A DNA stretch of 64,000 bases from Eledone cirrhosa (Eukaryota), in contig OZ024751.1 in assembly GCA_964016885.1 (NCBI GenBank), positions 37,262,001 through 37,326,000 of the forward strand, written 5' to 3'. This document shows positions 59,380 to 64,000 of this stretch, one piece after another. Both the position numbers and the translations under genes were made by a program. Numbering within the stretch: the stretch's first letter is position 1; every line of letters starts with the position of its first letter. The notes under the pieces are model-generated. The model was not told the origin of the DNA and made no database searches. It saw only the letters and a list, made by a program, of their open reading frames with translations.

Positions 59380-59875
59380 GATGCCACTGTGGAACCTGGT
59401 AGATGAGTTCAGCCTGTATCTGTTCCCTTGTCTACACAGTGTAGGTTGGCTCTTTCGGCACGCCGTATTGAATGATAACACCAGAAGAAACCTTGACGTT
59501 CACATCCCAGCTGGAGCCTCTAAGATTCTTGCTCAATGACGGAAAGCCCTCAGATGGGATAAGCCTTCTCTCGTTTGAGAGATGTGTGCAACTAATCAAG
59601 GATACGTTGTGACACATTCTCTGCTTCCAACCTCTTCACTCTAGCCACAAATCCGAGTTTCCTAGCCCATAACGCACATGAGAAGAAGATTACCAAATAT
59701 CGAGGTTTGAACTATCCTGTTTGGGCCGCTTGCCATCGGTATCCTCGATATCTTGACTCACGTCTTTAAATGCAAAACCCATGGAGCTCATCCCACCAGA
59801 GAGAGGATCTCAGGAGGTGGAATGGCTGACGTAGCTGGGTCGCAGGCCATTTTTCTATGGCAATCATTTCGATAT
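59380..59875 (+). pseudogene. Decayed CRE-like non-LTR retrotransposon C-terminus (zinc knuckle + restriction-like endonuclease)
   Basis: Frame-shifted translation VDEFSLYLFPCLHSVGWLFRHAVLNDNTRRNL...DGKPSDGISL...CDTFSASNL...EKKITKYRGL...EVEWL...GN follows the CRE-type pattern RHxxLND, DGKRPDG, AExxKxxKY, RExxWL..RGN. Confidence 0.7.
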
Positions 59876-61212
59876 CCTTTTCGCAGGCACACCTGAGATA
59901 TATCACCTAGCATAAGATGTAGAGTTTGCAAGCTGATATCCTACATTCTTTACATTTGTATTGTCTTTTCCTCACCCACTTTCTGTCTCGTTTTTATTGA
60001 TGCAATAATATTCACTATTATCAATTTCATTGCGTGCATTCATTGTATTTCAAGTGCAAATCTCTGTTCCTTATTAATATATAGAACAATTTATTACATT
60101 TTTATTTATGTCTTATCTATGTATTTCAACATCATCTCTCACATTGTCAAAAGAAAGCCTGAGGTAAGGCTAGATCTGACGTGTAGTATACGTGATGAAT
60201 TTCCTCTCAGCTTCCTAGACTTAATATGCATGATATTTGTTTCCTTCTCAGCATCTATTCCAATAGGTGGTCCTAACTAGCAAAAGTCGAAATATAAACT
60301 GACGTTAGCAGAAACCGCATGAGAGATAGAGAAACTGCTATCACTGCTATAGTTCATTGCATTCATTACAATAGCTTTGAGCTTAGAGCTTTATTCTAGA
60401 TTACATATAGTCAAAGCTAACAGCGTTCTGTTATATTACGAAGCAGTACCTTCATTAATACGAATATGAACAGACTGAAGGTTATAACCTTAAATCATAA
60501 CTGATGGAAAACGGAACTTGAAGTGCAGTGTTGAAGACAGTAAGACAAATACTAGCGGCGTCCATCTAGAGTAAATATAATGTAATGCAATTATTTCTGG
60601 AATGCAATTTCTAATATTTATGACCAACATTTTATTTTATGTAATAAAGAAAGCTATATTATAAGTTGTAGCCTCATACAATGGAAAGATCTTGTGTCTC
60701 AATTTCAAAACTTACTTCTTACACTTTATATAAAATATATTAACATTTTCGCGAAATTCCACAGCGCCAAGGAAACTCATTGCTCCTCCATTACGATCAG
60801 TTTTCATCTGTATGTGAGAAACGTAAATTTTATTGCATTGTTTTATAGCAAATGTTGGTTTCCCCAACTACTTTTGATATACATAAAATATTTCAAGTGC
60901 ATTCCTTCTGCCATGATAGAGTTCGTTTGATATATTGAGTATTCTTTGTCTAAGGATATGAATCGAGAAAGTCATCAGAACAACTGATTACATACCTCGG
61001 CTATTTAGTACATCTCTCTATGTTCTGAGTTCAAATCTAGTCGACGTTAATATTCGGGTATCATAAACAATCTTTGTTATATATTTACTCATCACTCAGT
61101 TCTACAGTCATTGTATTAAAATACAATGGAGAGTAAAGCGGTTAGAAGAGAAATGACAACTGTTAGAAAATACATTCAAATGTCTACGTGCGTGAATCTA
61201 TCGAAGTATGTA

Positions 61213-61259
<47 letters not shown>

Positions 61260-61265
<6 letters not shown>

Positions 61266-61303
61266 CTTGTTGTATCCCGACAATTTAAATAGATCTTTTA
61301 CAT
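61260..61303 (+). mobile_element. Diverged tail-only fragment of family B within (TA)n
   Basis: atttgcttgttgtatcccgacaatttaaatagatcttttaca aligns to 15161-15204. Confidence 0.7.
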
Positions 61304-61340
61304 ATATATATAAATGTCTAATATATATATATATATATAT

Positions 61341-61884
61341 TTCGTTTCTGAATTTGTTTAGCAAGATTCTTTATCTGAAAACGTGTGTTGAAACTGATAT
61401 TGTTATACTTCATGTTGCCAATAAGAAACACACGCACCAGTTGCTTTCACTTCAATTTATTATAATAAATTTATAAATTTAGGAATTTATAAATTTCCGG
61501 TTGGTTGGTTGGTTCCACAACCATATGGTTGTTTATATATTGTCAAAGTTCTTTCGTCACACATTATAAACACACAAAGAATATAAACACACACAGACAC
61601 CCGGATGTAACACATGCGCAAACTAAGCACACAACACACACACAAAAACAAGATGGCGTAGGAAAGAACAAAGGAGAGGCACAAAAAACAAAGAAAAGAA
61701 CCTCTAGTTACTGAAGAGGTCACAGAATGTGTGACGAAAGAACTTTGACAATATATAAACAATCATCTGGTTGTGGAACCAACCAACCAACCGGAAATTT
61801 ATAAATTTATTATAATAAATTGAAGTGAAAGCAACTGGTGCGTGTGTTTCTTATTGGCAACATGACCCTCCCAAAGTATAACAA
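61341..61884 (-). mobile_element. Fold-back PLE-like insertion, family E (most complete copy)
   Basis: Tail 61341-61399. Arm 61400-61566 is inverted relative to about 61725-61884. (TA)n on both sides. Confidence 0.88.
61707..61749 (+). ncRNA. Minimal type I hammerhead ribozyme (family E)
   Basis: gtta CTGAAGA g gtcaca-gaatg-tgtgac GAAA g aa CTT tgac. Confidence 0.78.
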
Positions 61885-61899
61885 TATATATATATAAAT

Positions 61900-62142
61900 G
61901 TCTAACGTCTGTCTCCAGCCTAGATGCCCATCGGGTCGTTGCTTATCTCCAGTTTCCATGGCGTTAAGCAATGACAGAGCAATACTCCCCACTGGACACG
62001 ACGCTAGTCCATCGCAGGTTTAAACACTCAGCTGCTACTGGTACTCATTTTCAGTTGAGCATACTTGAGCTACATGAAGAAGTGTTTTGCTGAGGAACAC
62101 AACACAACGTACAACCCAGTGCAGGAATCGAACCCACGATGT
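61900..62142 (-). mobile_element. tRNA-derived SINE (family S2), 5'-truncated
   Basis: Minus strand gtgggttcgattcctgc (B-box)...gaaaatgagtaccag...gcgatggactagcgtcgtgtccagtgggg...gccatggaaactgg; homologous to 280-539. Confidence 0.8.
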
Positions 62143-64000
62143 TATATATATATATATATATATAACATACGTACACCCCCCGCTCACACACACACACACA
62201 CATAGAGAGAGAGATCTGTGAATTACGTGGCTGCGTTTATAAACACATAAACACACACAGATTTATAGATAATTGTGTGTATTTCTGTATATGTGAATGA
62301 GTAGATACAGAACTATATATTTGTGTGCGTGAGTGTGCATTTGTGTCTGTGTGTGTGTTGATGTGTGTATGTGTATACGTTCGGCAAATTGTGTCTCAGT
62401 GAACTACTTTAATTAAACATTTCTGATACGAAATTGCAACTCAATTAAGAAAATATTACTCTTAGAAAATAAATATCACTTATTTTACGTCGTTTTACAT
62501 CCGTCTATCCTCCATACTTACCTTCGCAACTATTACATCGATATTTTTCTTCTTTTTTCCTCTCTTCCTCGACTGGCATCAATTGGATTATAGACCAATT
62601 CTAACATAATTACACAGACTGGTTTATTGAATATTATCGATTATATATCAGGCAAGATTTTAACATCTGAATCCAAGCGAAAATCAAGCTAAGAAAACGC
62701 CTGAAGCAATCAGAGAATTATACAGAAAAGTCTTTTTCCTATCAGGTGTTTCGTTCGTTCATTTTACTATTCTCCTACATCGATCAACAATTGTTATGTC
62801 CAATTAAGTTATTTTAAGAGAATGAAGCATCTGAACATGAAATAGCAATGTAATTAAAGTTAGTTAGTTCTGAAGCATTTGTCCTTAGATTATTGACGTA
62901 AGATCCAATTACAAACTGTTGCTTCTTTCTTTTTACTATCTTCTATTCGTATTCCTATAGGAATTATTTCCTTTCATGGTTTAGCTGACACAATTCACGC
63001 TCCATCTCTCTGCATGTCATGTGATGCATTATATAATATTTTTCGACGTATGATTGATTATCTATAGAGCGTGAACATTTGTTTTTGTCAATAAATTTAC
63101 CGCAATAGAAATGCTTATGTATTTTGTTATATAAACATAATAACATACATTAACTCTAACATTTATCATATGCTACATATATCCATAGTAAATGTAATGA
63201 ATGCTATTCCTATTTTGTACTGAAAACGAATTAATTCCTTTAAATTTTAAATGTTTTTGATAGCTTCGTTTGACAATATCTACAAAGAATATGAAAATAT
63301 TTGTCACTTCATTCTCTGTTTTAACACTTCTATATAATACCAGCCCAGCCCAAACATTACCAACACGCATACACCACCTCAAATGCAGATAGAATCATAT
63401 CTGCAACTTAGCACATCTCTTTAAATAGAGATTCTTCAAACCTGAATTAAACATCCTAGAGAAGTAGCTTCAGAAAAACATATATTGCTGAGGCCATAGT
63501 CAGATGCTACTAAATATATCTCCATATACATAAGATATGAAAGTCCCCCAATAAATGATCACTTCATTTAATAACTCCTTAATGCCCATTTATCATATTA
63601 AAATGTTTAAGTTTGAAAACTGATACATGAATCAAGGAGGAAGGACAACTTATACTTATTAAGTGTAAGAATTCTAAATACTCTGTTACATTATAATTAG
63701 TATTATTAATTTCTAGGATAATTTAAGGCACATTAAGATATTGTTTTACTCTAACATAAACAGACGTAGAATGCCAAGCGTATAAGTTTTGATATCAACG
63801 GTGGATATCCAGTCTGTTATGCTCAATTCAGTAATAATTTGGTCAATACTCTCCGATATTTTACATGTGATATGTTGAAGTGAATAATACAAATCATTTG
63901 TAAACGACAAATATAGGAAAGACTGTGATTCTTGGTAATGCTATAATCATTTATTGAATATTAATGTAAACGATATTAATATGAAACCTTGTCTGTATTG

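Overview
AT-rich, microsatellite-saturated eukaryotic DNA, intergenic or intronic. The SINE sequences and the (TA)n/(CA)n load suggest a cephalopod (Octopus-like); this is inferred from memory, not from a search. I find no supportable host gene, and almost every ORF in the track is a microsatellite translation artefact. Recognisable content: tRNA-derived SINEs (three with target-site duplications), decayed RTE- and CRE-like non-LTR retrotransposon 3' ends, mariner-like MITEs, minisatellites and very long interrupted (TA)n tracts. The main signal is five sequence families (here A-E) of short non-coding fold-back insertions, mostly bordering (TA)n. Their arms carry hammerhead ribozyme cores (CUGANGA or UUGAGAA, stem II, GAAA, short stem III). 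Families B-E share one design: an inverted repeat unit ending at the repeat's 3' end, a direct unit plus a unique tail, and (TA)n at both ends. This matches truncated Penelope-like element (PLE) pLTR insertions. They cluster at 12.5-15.5 kb and 43.9-46.2 kb, and in all six fold-backs the ribozyme is transcribed after its own antisense arm. All alignments and structures were read by eye.
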